Shown here: piece by piece, positions 50,781 to 64,000 of the stretch
Layout: every line of letters begins with the position of its first letter
Position numbering within the stretch: the stretch's first letter is position 1
Assembly: GCA_964016885.1 (NCBI GenBank)
Contig: OZ024748.1
Location: 15,190,001-15,254,000, forward strand
Direction: 5' to 3'
Source of the DNA: Eledone cirrhosa
Lineage: Eukaryota
DNA length: 64,000 bases
Position numbers and translations under genes: made by a program
The notes under the pieces: model-generated
Databases searched by the model: none
What the model saw: only the letters and a program-made list of their open reading frames with translations
Told to the model about the DNA's origin: nothing

Positions 50781-51418
50781 TCTATATATATAAAACTGAG
50801 GATGTCTGTGTGTGTGTGTCTGTGAGTTTGAATCCCTAAAACTCGAGAAGTACCCAACCGATTTTTTTCAAACTTTACATGTGTATTACTTGTTTCAGGG
50901 AGTCTTATGCACATATAAAATTCAACTTTTTGATTCCCTAGGACCTGCATTAGGTGAAAAACTGCGTTTTTTCAGCTTTTTATGGGTTTTTTGAGGCGTT
51001 ACGTCAGACCGATTTCCTTGAAATTGTAACAATGTATTAGTCAGTCTTTTCTTCATACCGTGAGCAAAGAAAATACAACTTTTTTATGGCCTAGGGCCTG
51101 CATTAGGTAAAAAACTTCATTTTTTCACCTTTTTAGGGCTTTTTTAGGTGTTACGTCTAGCCGATTTTCCTGAAATTTCAAGCCATATTATGCACATAAA
51201 AAAAATTCATTTTCTTGATCCCCTAGGGCCCGTATTAAGTGAAAACCTGCATTTTTCCTGCTTCATCGAGGAAAATCTTAAAGATTATCCAGCCATCAGA
51301 GTGTTTGGTTTATTTTCTTTACATATTGTCCTGGCATGCATTTTTTCCATGATTAGGTCTGTTGGCAGCTTGCATTCCAAAATACCTTATCCCATGCAAC
51401 ACCGAGTACCACTGCTAG
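50781..51418 (+). mobile_element. Non-autonomous Helitron
   Basis: Inserted between A and T; 5' TCTATATATATAAAA, (TG) microsatellite near the 5' end, 3' decayed GC hairpin (cccatgcaacaccgagtacc) then CTAG; three internal ccctagg.cctgcattaggt repeats. Confidence 0.8.
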
Positions 51419-52149
51419 TATATTAAATTTATAAGTTAAAATGTATCCCAAGCCTTGAGATTTATCAGGCTAAAGCTTATATCCCTGTTTCATTGGCATT
51501 AAATTGAAGAAACTCTACTCAACTCCCAGCTGCCGCTACTGCTGCAGCAGGTATTCTTTTCAACTAAGCTGACTAGAGCAATGTGATATGAAGTGTTTTG
51601 CTCATGAACATAACACACCACTCAAACCAGGAGTTGAACCTGTATTATTATGATTGAAAACCCAACACCCTAACCCCTAGGTAGTTATATATAACCTTAC
51701 AAAAATTAAAATCTATTTTTATTATAGAAACCATTATAATTTATAATTAATTTCTTTGAAAGAAAAAAAAGAAAATTGTTGAAGAAATAAATGAATCCAA
51801 CCAGTGAGGAACAAGGCTATGATATCATGCTAGAAACAACAAAGCAAATAGACTGTCCTTATATCTGTTTACAATTCAAGGTGTTTAACACATGTTTTTA
51901 TTCCATCTGTATGTTATAGAGTCTTCACTATTCTGTAAAAACAATGTTTGTCTTCTTCCACCTTATTATTTTTCCAAAGATACTAACCTTTGTGAAAAAC
52001 TGACTTTGTTACAAATATCCCTGCAATAAAATATTTATATGACATCTGCAAAAACTTTGTAGTTCAAATGCTCTAGGATATCCCAGTAGATTTCTTATAT
52101 ATTCTCCTTTTGCTAATTGCCAAAAATGTTATTCATGACTATTTTAAAT

Positions 52150-52320
52150 GGGGGAGATGTTGATTAAATTGACCTCAGTGCGTTACTGGTACTTTATTTT
52201 ATCAATCCCAAAAGGATTAAAGGCAAAACTAACTTTGGCAGGATTGGATCCAAGAATGTAAATGTGTGTAGCTAAATGCAACAAAACATATTGTCTGACA
52301 CTCTACTAATACTGCCAATA
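52150..52320 (-). mobile_element. SINE family B
   Basis: gattaaattgacctcagtgcgttactggtactttattttatcaatccc...aatactgccaat. Confidence 0.75.
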
Positions 52321-52927
52321 ACTATTTATAATGAAATATATTGTATTTCAATTAGTTAAAGAATTCTGTGTGATTTATTACATTTATTAATTATTTGATT
52401 ACTATGAATCTTATATGAAATTATATTGGAAGATTTTACTCTTAAATGGGCGCTGTTTTGTTTCATAGAACCAGAGACTGTTTTGGTTGGCACAACTGTG
52501 CATTCTGTTAGTAGTGAATTAACTGTCTTACAATAACAATAAGAAAGAACTTAGGAGTTAAAGAAGAAATTGCTACAGAATATTGGTGATTTAAGATTTT
52601 AGTGTTGTCAATCGATTTCATTATTCATTGTTATAATCATTGTTATAATTTTTAATGTGGTTAATTCATTTTTGCATGACAGAATTAGGGGTTCCTATCT
52701 TTAAAACACTCAAGAAAACACCTAAACTCACAGGAGGCTGACTAAACATACACAGGTGTGATTTGTAACAACAACCCATTTTGTATGATAGAAGAGTGGG
52801 GTTTTCTCTCTGATATTTGTTGTACAACAATAACAAAAAACCAAAAAAAAATCAACAACAGCAGCAATTCAATTGTACAGAAGGAAAACCACATTAAAGA
52901 TTTGCTGGAACAACATATACTGTTGTA

Positions 52928-53112
52928 CGAAGGTCAGCTGAAAAGTTCATAGGCTGACCAAGATACTCATGTAATGACCAAATGAGGTTTATTTTTCAAC
53001 AGAAAAAAAATACAGTTATTAATATGACAAGGTCAAATTAATTCCTGCAAGATTTCACAGCTCTAACACCAATCCTTCATAATCAGCATATAGACTTTAC
53101 AGCCGACCCTTG
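52928..53112. mobile_element. Mariner-like MITE (~185 bp)
   Basis: TA|cgaaggtcagctgaaaagttcataggctga ... tcagcatatagactttacagccgacccttg. Confidence 0.7.
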
Positions 53113-53623
53113 TGTCGACAACAATGTCACAAATGTTCTAGTTGTGAAAATGTTTAATATTTATCAAGAAACTGCTGAGTTAAATGGAACACAAACATAC
53201 ATAGTACCTTAAAAATGACATTTGCTAGATATTGTTTTATAATATTTTCATTTTAACCATTTTGTGACTGAATTTATGATTAAATACATGCTTTTTCAAT
53301 TAATTAATGAAGAATGTTGAGGGGTTTACAAACATTGTTAATTATTTCACTATTAAACTTGTAATTTATCATAATTCATATATTTATCATAGTTCATATA
53401 TAAAATCATGTTGGAAGATTTCATTTTAAATGGGTGGTTTTGTCTCATTGGACCAAAGTCTGTTTTGCCCATGCTGGTATTAGAAAACTTAAAACTGCAT
53501 GGGTGTGAGACACAACAACAACAAAAGCAGCTAATTTGCATAAAAGCTACACAAGTGATCTGCTAAAATATATATATATATATATGTAATATATATATGT
53601 GTGTGTGTATACTGGTGTATTAT

Positions 53624-53745
53624 AAGGTGGTGAATTGGCAGAGTCATTACGACATGCACTCATGAGTTCAAATCCCACTGTAGTCAACTTTGCTTTTCCC
53701 CTTGAAGTCGATAAATAAAGTACCACTCCAGTACTGGGGTCGATT
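53624..53745 (+). mobile_element. SINE family B, decayed
   Basis: ggtggtgaattggcagagtc...gagttcaaatccc...gtcgataaataaagtacc...ctggggtcgat. Confidence 0.7.
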
Positions 53746-54471
53746 CTTTCTCTATCGAAAAAAAATTGGCTATGATCAGCCGTACCTGAAGAGGATTAGG
53801 TTCCACCAGGTTTAAAAATGCCCTAGACATGCCATATGATGGTGCCTCTAAAACTCCACAAGTTATGGGCTCTTTATCCTTATCCTATATTGGTGAATTG
53901 TCAACCCTATAAAAGATGCTGTAGTTGTGAAAAGGTTAACATTTTACTGAGAACCTACTGAGTTGTATGTAACACAAACATACATACTAACTTAGAAATG
54001 AAATAATATACCTGCTATTTTTATAATTTATTTTCACTTGAAGAATCTTAAAATGTAAAGACAAACACTTAAATAATTTTTTTGTATAATTTCACTTAAA
54101 ATAGTAGTTTTGTTCTGTTGATATACCCCCATCCCCACTTTCTCCACCACTACCACCTCCACCACCAACACTGCATATAAAAAGAAGAATCAGTAAAATG
54201 TCTACTAAAGAATTTGTTACCAAATTTTGAAAGTTACAAAACAATATCAGAGAATAAAGAACTGTTTATAAAAGAAGAGAGAAAAACCAAAACAAAAATT
54301 GAATTAGTTCAAGTATGTTTATATATGTAGGAAATATGGATGTATATATGTCTCCACTGTACATGTGAGTGTGTGTGTATATATATATGTATGTGTGTGA
54401 GTCACAATAAAGAAAATGATAGTGTAGTAGTAGAAAAATACATGTAACTATGCATACATATGGTCACATGC

Positions 54472-54505
<34 letters not shown>

Positions 54506-54604
54506 ACATGCACACATAATCATATATACACATATTCATATACATATGTATGCATGTATGACAAAAACATGTAACATTACTGTGAAATAGATGATGTATT
54601 GGTA

Positions 54605-54635
<31 letters not shown>

Positions 54636-55680
54636 ACAGTACTTCACAAATGAAGCCACACAAACAGAATAGAACTCATTAGAAACTCCTTCACTTGAAT
54701 TATAAAATTATTTTGAAAAGCAACATAAAAATAATAATAATGATAATAGTACAAAATAGATGCATTTCTTTTATCTCTCATCAATATATATTGTAAGGCT
54801 GGTTTTTTTTTTTTAATATAGATTTTGGGATGGGTGTTTTTTTCTTTTCATGCAGTTCTGTTATTTTTTTTTATGCAAAGAATAAAAAATATATTGTATT
54901 TTCTCTCTCTATACTTAATCACTAAATAATGATGCTAGTTACTTGTAAATGATATTCAATTTATTTATATTTACATTTATATTTTGTTTGTTCTGTTTGG
55001 AAGCAATACCTACTATGGTCATAAATACTACAAAGTCAGAAAAGATAATAAAATAAAATTACATACATGACTATCCAATGTAACTATGAATAAACATGCA
55101 ACCATGCAACATTCAAACTGATTTTGAAATATGACCCCCCCCCTTTTTTGCTATTATTCCTCTATTTCACTTCTTTGTACTGATATGTGCTTGTGTGTGT
55201 GTGTTTATATGTAATGTAATTCTATTGTGTTCATTTGTATCTGTAAACATTGTTTGATTTCTATCTCTTGATCTATACACACAAATGAATTTGCATTCAT
55301 CTTATTTGTCATCATAAACAATTGGATAAGCCACAAAGTAAAACAGAAAAACACAAAACATAAATAAATCTAAGTTACATTGAGATCATCAAAAGATAAG
55401 CAACTTAGAGAGAAAGTTTTGTAATTTAATGGGATTCAATGTTTAATACTAAAATAGATTCCACAAACAGTTAACAGTTAACTAGTTAAAAATATCGTAA
55501 ATATCGTTTGTACAAAGGCAGCTTGGGGATCAAGTGATTCCATCTCAGAAGAGAAATCTAGAATAGTCATCTTGTAATGTTCCAAAAAATTAAGTTAGTT
55601 ATAAACATAGCAAAAGTGTTAGAAGTAACAGACACCCTTTTCCCAACTCCACATGTATTTACTGAAGGACACAAAGACAA

Positions 55681-56538
55681 CCCTTTCTTGACCATATTTA
55701 TAATGAAATATACTTTCTTTCAATTAATTAATGTAGGCTTTTGAAGGATTTACTCAAATGATTAATTATATCATTCCTAATATGATAACGTAACATATGG
55801 TGCTTGTATAATATCATGTTGGAAGATATTAATTTATATAGGAATTGTTTGAAATGGGTGGTTTTATTTCATAGAACCAGGGCCAGTTTTGGCAAGGTTG
55901 GTATCAAAAGACAATTTTATTGCATTTTTTACCCTTCTGATACCAAACTGTATTGGTTCTATGATGTTTATTATCTGAAACATTCCATCAAAATTGTATG
56001 TAAGAACCTTAAGTTATGTTCCAAATATCACATATAAGTTACTCCTAAAATAAGATACCCCTAAATCTCTCCAAATTCTTCTGAATTTGAAAATTATAGA
56101 CAGTGTCTATCATTATAAGTATAGTAACAAAAAAAAGGGTTAATCCCTTCAATACCTATGAATGCCCATCATTCTATGTTATAACATCTCTCATTTCATA
56201 TTTTATAATTTGATGTAAGGACATTTTGTTAAATTACATACCCCACACAAGTTTAATAATATTAAAATTAATTATTTTATTAAATCCATTTAAATTTTTG
56301 GTTACTTTCAAGATACCAAACCTCATTTGCTTACCAAGTAGCATGGAACTCGTCAAATCAGACCAGGGAAATGATGTTTCCATTAGTCTTTCCATTACTG
56401 ATACTATCTACCAGTCGCAACTCCTGGTAGAAAGAGCAACATGAAATAAAGTTCTTGCTCAAAGACATAATGCCCGGTATTGGAATTGAAATCACAAATC
56501 TATATAGTGTATTTTATTAGAAATAAGCAATGAAATGG
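55681..56538. mobile_element. Cluster of three piggyBac-like MITEs
   Basis: Copies at ~55681-55910, 55932-56139 and 56144-56538; the last two share one TTAA (56140-56143). Confidence 0.6.
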
Positions 56539-57159
56539 TTAAGACTAAATTTGACAAACAGTATTTTAATTTTTTGTTTTGAAAGTCAATATCTAGTCAG
56601 TGGTTCCCAGTCTGGGATCTGCTGACCTCTGGGTGTTTACAAAATGTCATTTTTTTACTTAAAAACAACAGATCTACAAAAAAATAAAATAACATAAAAA
56701 ATATATTAACAAAAATAAAAATTCTGATCAGAAATCCCTTATTTATCTCTCTGCATTCTTAGAGATCACAGATATTTGACTATGTCATATATCTACAGAA
56801 ATGTTAGTATTTTGACAGACTGTGTCATTCATCACAATTAACCAGAGATCTAAGAAATTGTCAACAACCAAAAATAAAAATAATAATAATAAATAAAAAA
56901 AAAGTTGAAAAAGATGTTAACAAATGTTATAGAATAAGGAATTGATGTTGAAGGTCGTGTGAGAGTGTCAGATTTGATGAAATTTAATGTTGTAAAAGTA
57001 CTGAATCTCCAAGACATGACATTAGTATCCTGTCTGTTACTGTAAATACTTTTCACTGTTTTGATATGAAACCACTTGAAACCAGCCTTGGTGCTATGAT
57101 ACACAACTGTATTTTAAAATGTCTATATTTATCTAAAAACTTTCCACCATAATTTATTC

Positions 57160-57388
57160 AATAGTTTCTGATTTAGGCACAAGGCCAACAATCTTTTTTT
57201 CGGGGGTGAGGGTGGGGGAGCTGATTAAATTGACCCCAGTGCGTTACTAGTACTTTATTTTATTGACCCCATAAGGATGAAAGGCAAAGCTAACATTGGT
57301 GGGATTTGAACTCAGAATGTAAAAAAACATAACTCTATGCTACAAAGCATGTTGTCCAACACTCGACTGATACTGCCGATCCACTATC
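57160..57388 (-). mobile_element. SINE family B (long subfamily) inside a piggyBac-like MITE remnant
   Basis: ggcacaaggccaacaat...ggggagctgattaaattgaccccagtgcgttac...atactgccgatccac. Confidence 0.82.
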
Positions 57389-58444
57389 CTTAAACATCTG
57401 CTTAGTAATGAGAAAGTTATTTTACTAAATCCTTCGAAATTATCCATTATTTTCAAAATCATAGGTTATTCAAAATATGGTCACAAAGTGTTAGCTATCA
57501 GAAAGAATATTTTCTATAACACTAACTTTTGATCTGCCAGAAACAATTACAATATTTCAGGGCTAGGAGATTATCTCTACATGCTTAAACAAACAATGCA
57601 GTTAGAGGATCCCTAGGACCAACAGATGTTTCAAGTATAGCAATGATGCTAGAGCCCACCAAGAGCAACTTTCAGATCTAGGCATTACAGCTCAAACCTT
57701 TGTTGGTTTAGCTAGCCTCCTATGAGGTTGCTCATGTGTTTTTTGTTTCTAATGATAGGAATTCATTGAGTACTGTTACGCTGCACACAATTCTGTTTCA
57801 TGGCTAGATACATAAATCTCTGAACACATAACTATGAAAACAACTGGTATCACAGATAAATTGATGAAGGGTTTCATAACCACCATCGGAGGCCAAGATA
57901 GTTGAAGAGACAGATAAAGCGAATTTTACATCATGCCTATGACAATGAATTTGCTTGTGAAGTAAGACCTTTCAGCAGAAATGGACTTGACCTGAGCGTA
58001 GGCCCATGACAAGGTTTGTGTCCATGTGGGATGGAGATCTCTTATCACTCAATACTCCGTAGCAAGCAAAAGGAAGTAAAGAAGAAGAATGTTTTGTGTG
58101 TCAGTGCATTCCTTGAATATCAATACCTTAGCCACGCTCTCCATCTGTGTATGTATATATATATGTATGTGTGTAAATAAATAAAATGTGGGGGAAAAAT
58201 TAAGTAATGAGAGTGAGAATGTAGATAACACTGTCTCATGGGATATGACTATTTAGACAAACGAGATGATTAAATCAGTAGACGCAACAATGTGTGTGTG
58301 TGAGAGAGAGGAGACAATTCTGTAAAAATGTTAGAAGTTTTATCGAATTAAAAGATCTAGGTATAGAAATCAGTCAGAGTTGACATAAAACTAACACAAT
58401 TTGTATAATTGATTCAATCTAGGTATGTTACACAACATGAAAAC

Positions 58445-58755
58445 ATGTGGCCTAGTGGTAAGAGTGTTAGACAGCATGTTTTCTTGAGCAAGATACTTCA
58501 CTTCACATTGCTTTTTATGATAGAACTAAGGATACTATCAGTAAAACACCTGCGAAACCTCATATGAGATGCAGCCTAGTAGGAGACCAGCTAGTAAACC
58601 TCCTCCAGATATGTGGCCTAGTGGTAAGGGTGTTGGAGAGCATGTTTTCTTGAGGAAGATACTTCACTTCACATTGCCTTTTATGATAGAACTAGGATTC
58701 TATCAGTAAAACACCCAAGAAACCACCTAGTAGGAAACCAGCTACCAAACCTCCA
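58445..58755 (+). repeat. ~166-bp tandem duplication of a deleted SINE head plus flank
   Basis: atgtggcctagtggtaag.gtgtt...ttcttgag.aagatacttcacttcacattg...tatcagtaaaacacc at 58445 and 58611. Confidence 0.8.
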
Positions 58756-58789
58756 GCAGTAAGAGCTGTGAAATTAATTTCATTTCATG

Positions 58790-59235
58790 TTACAGAACCC
58801 AGCGTGTTGCTAAACTCAGTGTGTCACACAACCCAAAGTCACATAACCCAGCATGTCACCTAAAAAACTGTGTTACACAACCAACAATGTCACACAAGCC
58901 AAAGTCACATAACCCAGTATGTTACATAATCTGTCATGTCGCATAAACCACTGTGATACACAACCCAATATGGTACACAAGCCAACAATGTTACACAAGC
59001 CAAAGTCACATAACCCAGTATGTCACATAAACCGCTGTGTTACACAACCCGATATGTTACACAACCAACAATGTTACACAACCCAGCATGTTACTTACAT
59101 AATCTAGTATGTCACATAAACCAGTGTTACACAAACCACAATGTTACATAACCATTGGTGTTACACAACCCAATATGTTACGCAACCAACAATGCCACAT
59201 AACCAACAATGTCACATAACCCAGTATGCTACATA
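58790..59235. repeat. Degenerate ~14-17-bp minisatellite (gtyacayaacc...)
   Basis: Recurrent gtcacataaccc / gttacacaaccaacaat units. Confidence 0.8.
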
Positions 59236-61132
59236 CCCTTGATATACCTGAGATATGTAATAAATGAATGATACATTTCAGAAAGCTGTTACAATGCATA
59301 AGGGGCAAAGGAAATGTACGAAGTGGATTGGCAATTATAACTGCTCCACACATACATATTTTAGACACTTAGACCAGTTAGAGAATAAGATATCAATCAT
59401 TCCTTTTTGTTTTGAATCATTTTCGTTTTGCATTTGAAAAGGGGGTATTAACCCTGAAATATCATGTTGAAATCTACTGGGTAAAACATTATTTTGTTTT
59501 ATTTGTCATACTTTCTCCTTTATATATTTCTACCACATTGTACCGGCTTTCTGAAACTTAGCAGTTGTTAAATTTAGAGTCTATATATCACTAGAGTGAT
59601 AACATTAACCACAACAATAACGTCGCAAGAATATGAATTTGTTGTGACAACAGAGTGTAATTTTACTGTTCTATTAGAAAATGATATTTATTTTTAACAT
59701 TGAGAAAAGGGGCCACGTGTTTATATGGAGCCAGTAAATGATTACTGGTACTTATTTTGAAAGAATGGTCCCTTTTTTGAAAGGATTGGTTCTTATTTTG
59801 GAAGAGGCAAATTTGAAAAGAGAGAAGTTAATTTGAGTCACCCCAGCTGAAACTAGTATGGAAAATAGATGTAAAATGATGATGCTGATGATTAAATTAT
59901 TAATATATAAGATCAAAAATGCCATTAACACTTCCGCTAGTAAATTAAGAATTATTTTGAAGAAATAATTAAGTTTTATGCTCAAAATTATTTTAATAAA
60001 GGTGTTCCTACTGTAATTAGATAAATAAGATGTTATGTTATAGAATAAATATGTTTTCATATTTATTCAAACTCTTTATATTAAAAATAAATTAACATTA
60101 AAGAAAACATTTTCAAGGTATCAGAAACTTAAAGCTTCCAATTTAATGAGAATATGTTTATAATTATATTTGACTAAAAATTATTTCAAATATTTTCGAA
60201 ATATTTTACAGTAAGACATGTGTTTCATTTTAAATATATTATTTTCCAGTAAAAGAAAAGAAATTGACAATATTTTTAGAAATTAATAATTTAAATACGA
60301 ATTTCATTTTTACAAAGAAAGTGAAGAATGTTACGAAATTTGATAATATGAAATGTAGATAGGATTGGTATGTTTACTATCAACAATTTTAAAATGTTCT
60401 CCCTCCCACACATATACACATACCTAAACCTAGGCATGTCTTTTGAGAGTTTAATGTTTGTTTGGTTGGTTTTTCTTCTCTCTATTGTATAATTTCTGTT
60501 TCTCTAGATAGAAGCAGGTAAATGAATGATGCATACATCAAAGAATTTTCCAGACATAATAAACTGGGACCAGATGAACATTTAGAAGTTTTCTTAAAGA
60601 ATCTACTTACTAAAGTATCTATATTCCTCTGGGTATTTGTTTCCTGGAAGGAAGTAGCTTTATTGCCAGTCAGTCTTAATAAAACCAAGAAAGTGTACTT
60701 AAGGTTTAAATTAGTGTGAAACTTGAAACTAACATATATGAACACAGTATTCTTGAGAGAAATGGTAGAAAGAGCTAAGAAAGTTAACATAAAGTCTGCA
60801 AAAGACCCTGGAGGTAACAACTAAGAAATAAACATTAAACTATAACACGAAGAACACTACTTTAGGGCAAAAGAAAAGATGAAATCAGTTTTTGTTTTTT
60901 TGGTGGAGATTATGGTGGTGGTGGATTTTGTTGACCACAAGCTATTTTAAAAGTGCAAAAATATGAGGAAAACCACAGATTTAATATAACAAAATACAAC
61001 TGAGATTATTATTGTTTACATACAACAATCTGAAAATGCCCCTGTGTCACAATTTTGGTATGACTGTTAATATTTTGTTATTACATTTTATTTTCAGCAT
61101 AGCTACAGTTGTTGCTATGGTGAATGTTTGGT

Positions 61133-61290
61133 ATGGTGAATTGGCAGAGTTGTTAAAGCTAGGTTATAGGACAAAATGCCTTATTGTATTTGTTCTGCCT
61201 GTCTGTGCTCTGAGTTAAATATTCCATTGATGTCAACTTTGCTTTTCATCCATCCAGAAGTTGATAAATAAAGTACTAATCCAGTGTTTT
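61133..61290 (+). mobile_element. SINE family B, decayed
   Basis: ggtgaattggcagagttgtta...ctgagttaaatattcc...caactttgcttttcatcc...gataaataaagtac. Confidence 0.65.
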
Positions 61291-61595
61291 TGATTGATAG
61301 AATTTTTAGCACATTGGACAAGATGTCTTACAATATCATACCAGTGCCAATGTCCTGAGTTCAAATTCTGTCCTCTACTGTAGTCATATTAACAGTATAG
61401 TTAGCATAAAGCACTTGGATTGAGTTCAATGTAATGAGAGAGGAGGAGAAAGAGAAAGGGAGGGAGAAAGAAACTGCATAAAATGGACTGCTGATGAACT
61501 TACATGATATACACATACCTGTGTATTTCTAAGTTGGAAGAAACCATTGTGACAGTATACACATTTTAATGTACATGTGTACCAGATAGATAGAT

Positions 61596-61811
61596 AGAGA
61601 CAGAGAGAGAGACAATGAGAGAGACAGAGAGAGAGACAGAGAGAGAGACAATGAGAGAGACAATGAGAGAGACAATGAGAGAGACAGAGAGAGAGACAAT
61701 GAGAGAGACAATGAGAGAGACAATGAGAGAGAGACAATGAGAGAGAGACAATGAGAGAGAGACAATGAGAGAGAGACAATGAGAGAGAGACAATGAGAGA
61801 GAGACAGAGAA
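61596..61811. repeat. (GA)n-based 12/14-bp repeat (gagacaatgaga)
   Basis: Directly visible. Confidence 0.9.
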
Positions 61812-62927
61812 TAAGAAAAAAACTATTTCTATACCAAATTATTATTTGTTGGTTAAATGTACATTTTAATGTCATTAAGATTTACTACTATTTTACTGTT
61901 TACATTAGCTTCGAAACAAACATTATTTCCTATCCTTTTATTCTTACCATTTTCAAGAAAATCTAAGAAAAATGCAATAGGAAAACAAAAATACAGAAAA
62001 CTCTCTATGTGTGAAGATATAAACAAGGTATTATTTGATAAATATACAAAATAAATAACAGTAATGTAGAATTTAATGTAAATAATTCTAAACTTTGTAT
62101 GTCTTTAATAACTACCAAACATAGAGTAAACTGCTTTTTACTTACCATTTTGAAGTGGTATTATTTCATGACTTTTACACAATAAAGACAGAACTATGTG
62201 TAAATTTAAGAGATGTGATATATAAGTATAAAAATGTATACAGATATTATTCCTTGATGGAACATGATTGCTTGTTATCAAATTCATCTAATTCAACTCA
62301 GAGAATAAAATGTCAATAATTTTGTGTTCTACAAATTATGTTACCACATGAAAATTATTTGAATAAACAGTTTATTCACATGTATGAATCACACCTTTTC
62401 AAATACAACATGTAGCATATATTTTAAATTGAGGCTTTGTAGATCCAGTAGATACGTCATATGCTGGTTTTCCACATTTCATTATCATGGCATGAATGTA
62501 GGACATATATTTATACATGGTTATGCATAGACAGATTGGAACCTAGGTATTTTGTGTTCTAGGTTAGCACTATAAAGTATGTCAACTTCTCCCAGAAAAA
62601 ATAATTTCAACCTACAGTTTGGTAAGCTAACACACTAAGTGTTTGACATGTCTTCTGGCAACACTAAGAAAATTACTAAGCCTGCATTTTCTACTTCATA
62701 GTCCACACGCACCCACATCAGATCATGTGACAGATCATAACACAATATGATCCTCTCCACAGCTTTGGATATTACCACAATGGTTCTATGTGAGCAGGAA
62801 ATTATTATATACTTAAGTTAATCATACAAATATGTATAAAACTATAATCCTTTAATGTTCAGTAATATGCCATTTGTGGCTGCCTAGTTAGCTTTATAGT
62901 AACACCAACCCTGTATATAGTGCTTAA

Positions 62928-63337
62928 CCCTTTTGATACCAAAGTGCCTGGAACTTTTCTGTGTTTATATTTATCTGAACATTTGTCATTTTATATAAAA
63001 ACGGTGGATTGGCAGTATCGGTAGAGAGTCGGACGCCATGCTTTGACGCATAGAGTTACGGCCCTTGCCATTCTGAGTTCAAATCCCGCCGAGGTTAACT
63101 TTGCCTTTCATCCTTATGGGGTCGATAAGATAAAGTACCAGTAATACACTGGTTAATTGCTGGCCTTGTGCCAAAAGCAGAAACAATTATTTTATATAAG
63201 AACATGTAAGTTATGTTCCAGACAAGATTAATAAGAAGAAAGTTTTGTTACTAATTTCCTCCTAATTCTTGATTATTTTCAAAATGATTTGAAAATCATA
63301 GGCAGCGTCTATCATTAGAAATATAGCAATGAAAAGG
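62928..63337. mobile_element. piggyBac-like MITE containing a SINE B insertion
   Basis: TTAA|cccttttgatacc ... gcaatgaaaagg|TTAA. Confidence 0.75.
63001..63188 (+). mobile_element. SINE family B (short subfamily, young) with 11-bp TSD
   Basis: A-box-like tggcagtatcgg, B box gagttcaaatcc, core gcctttcatccttatggggtcgataagataaagtacc; TSD attttatataa at 62988-62998 and 63189-63199. Confidence 0.88.
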
Positions 63338-64000
63338 TTAAAGAGGAAGTCATAGTGTCCGAATTATAAACTTATTAACAACATCACATTTCAGAAAATT
63401 CGACATTTAATTAGGAAGCTCATTTGATGCCAAAGTTTCTACTACCTTCAGCTTGCTTCTTCTAATTGATGACATTTAGTGTAACCATTCCTATGATTAA
63501 ACTATAGATACCATAAACCATCTGATTTAATGAAATACTCATGTTATGTCAGCACCTACTTCAACTTACTAGAACTGCCATGTAACTAAGATCACTATTG
63601 TAAACAATTATCTGAAGCTGTGGATACAGTCATTATTTTGAGGAGGTTGTTTTTTTTCTAGAACAAAAATGCAAAACTGCCTTTGTATGATGCTACTCCT
63701 CACACAATAACTTCAAAATACAAAACTGAATGCCTCCAACCTCCCATCAGTCTCAATGATGAGTGTTCTAGTTATTCAATCAATGGAACAGCTTGCTCGT
63801 GAAATTAATATGTAACTGCAGAGAGATCCAAAATGATATGTACTTTTAATATAGCTCTCAGGAAAATTCATCATGACAGTGTGTGACAAAGCTAGCCCAT
63901 TTTGCAGAGTGTAGAATATATATTTTATTGCAACAAGAACCCAACCAATTTACAGAATATTCTAGCTACATTTTATCATAGCACCAGCACTACCACATTC

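Noticed and set aside
60522-60719. 65-aa ORF MNDAYIKEFSRHNKLGPDEHLEVFLKN...
   Set aside because: No compatible acceptor or recognisable homology; within chance ORF length.

Overview
AT-rich eukaryotic genomic DNA with no bacterial features (no operons, rRNA or CRISPR). The repeat landscape is most consistent with an octopod cephalopod intron or intergenic region; this is an inference from recalled repeat families, not a database match. It contains huge (TA)n/(CA)n arrays, two abundant tRNA-headed SINE families and RTE LINE debris. No host protein-coding gene can be identified with confidence: nearly all ORFs in the track are microsatellite translations. Recognisable coding remnants are all transposon-derived: an RTE-clade RT fragment (23.55-24.0 kb), RTE 3' ends, an R4/Dong-type restriction-like endonuclease 3' end (46.2-46.7 kb) and a Merlin/IS1595-type DDE transposase inside an intact TIR+TSD element (15552-16128). 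There is also a non-autonomous Helitron, plus piggyBac-like, mariner-like and Tc2-like MITEs. The most unusual signals are: (i) local template-switch scars next to (TA)n/(CA)n tracts (an 88-bp fold-back with a duplicated loop, a 108-bp palindrome centred on (TA)n, and a 44-bp templated insertion copied from 1.65 kb upstream); (ii) a SINE sharing its 3' stem-loop tail with an RTE LINE; (iii) many short hairpin elements; (iv) decayed hammerhead-ribozyme-like motifs; (v) a 1.2-kb open (GNDDD)n minisatellite. Coordinates of decayed copies are approximate.
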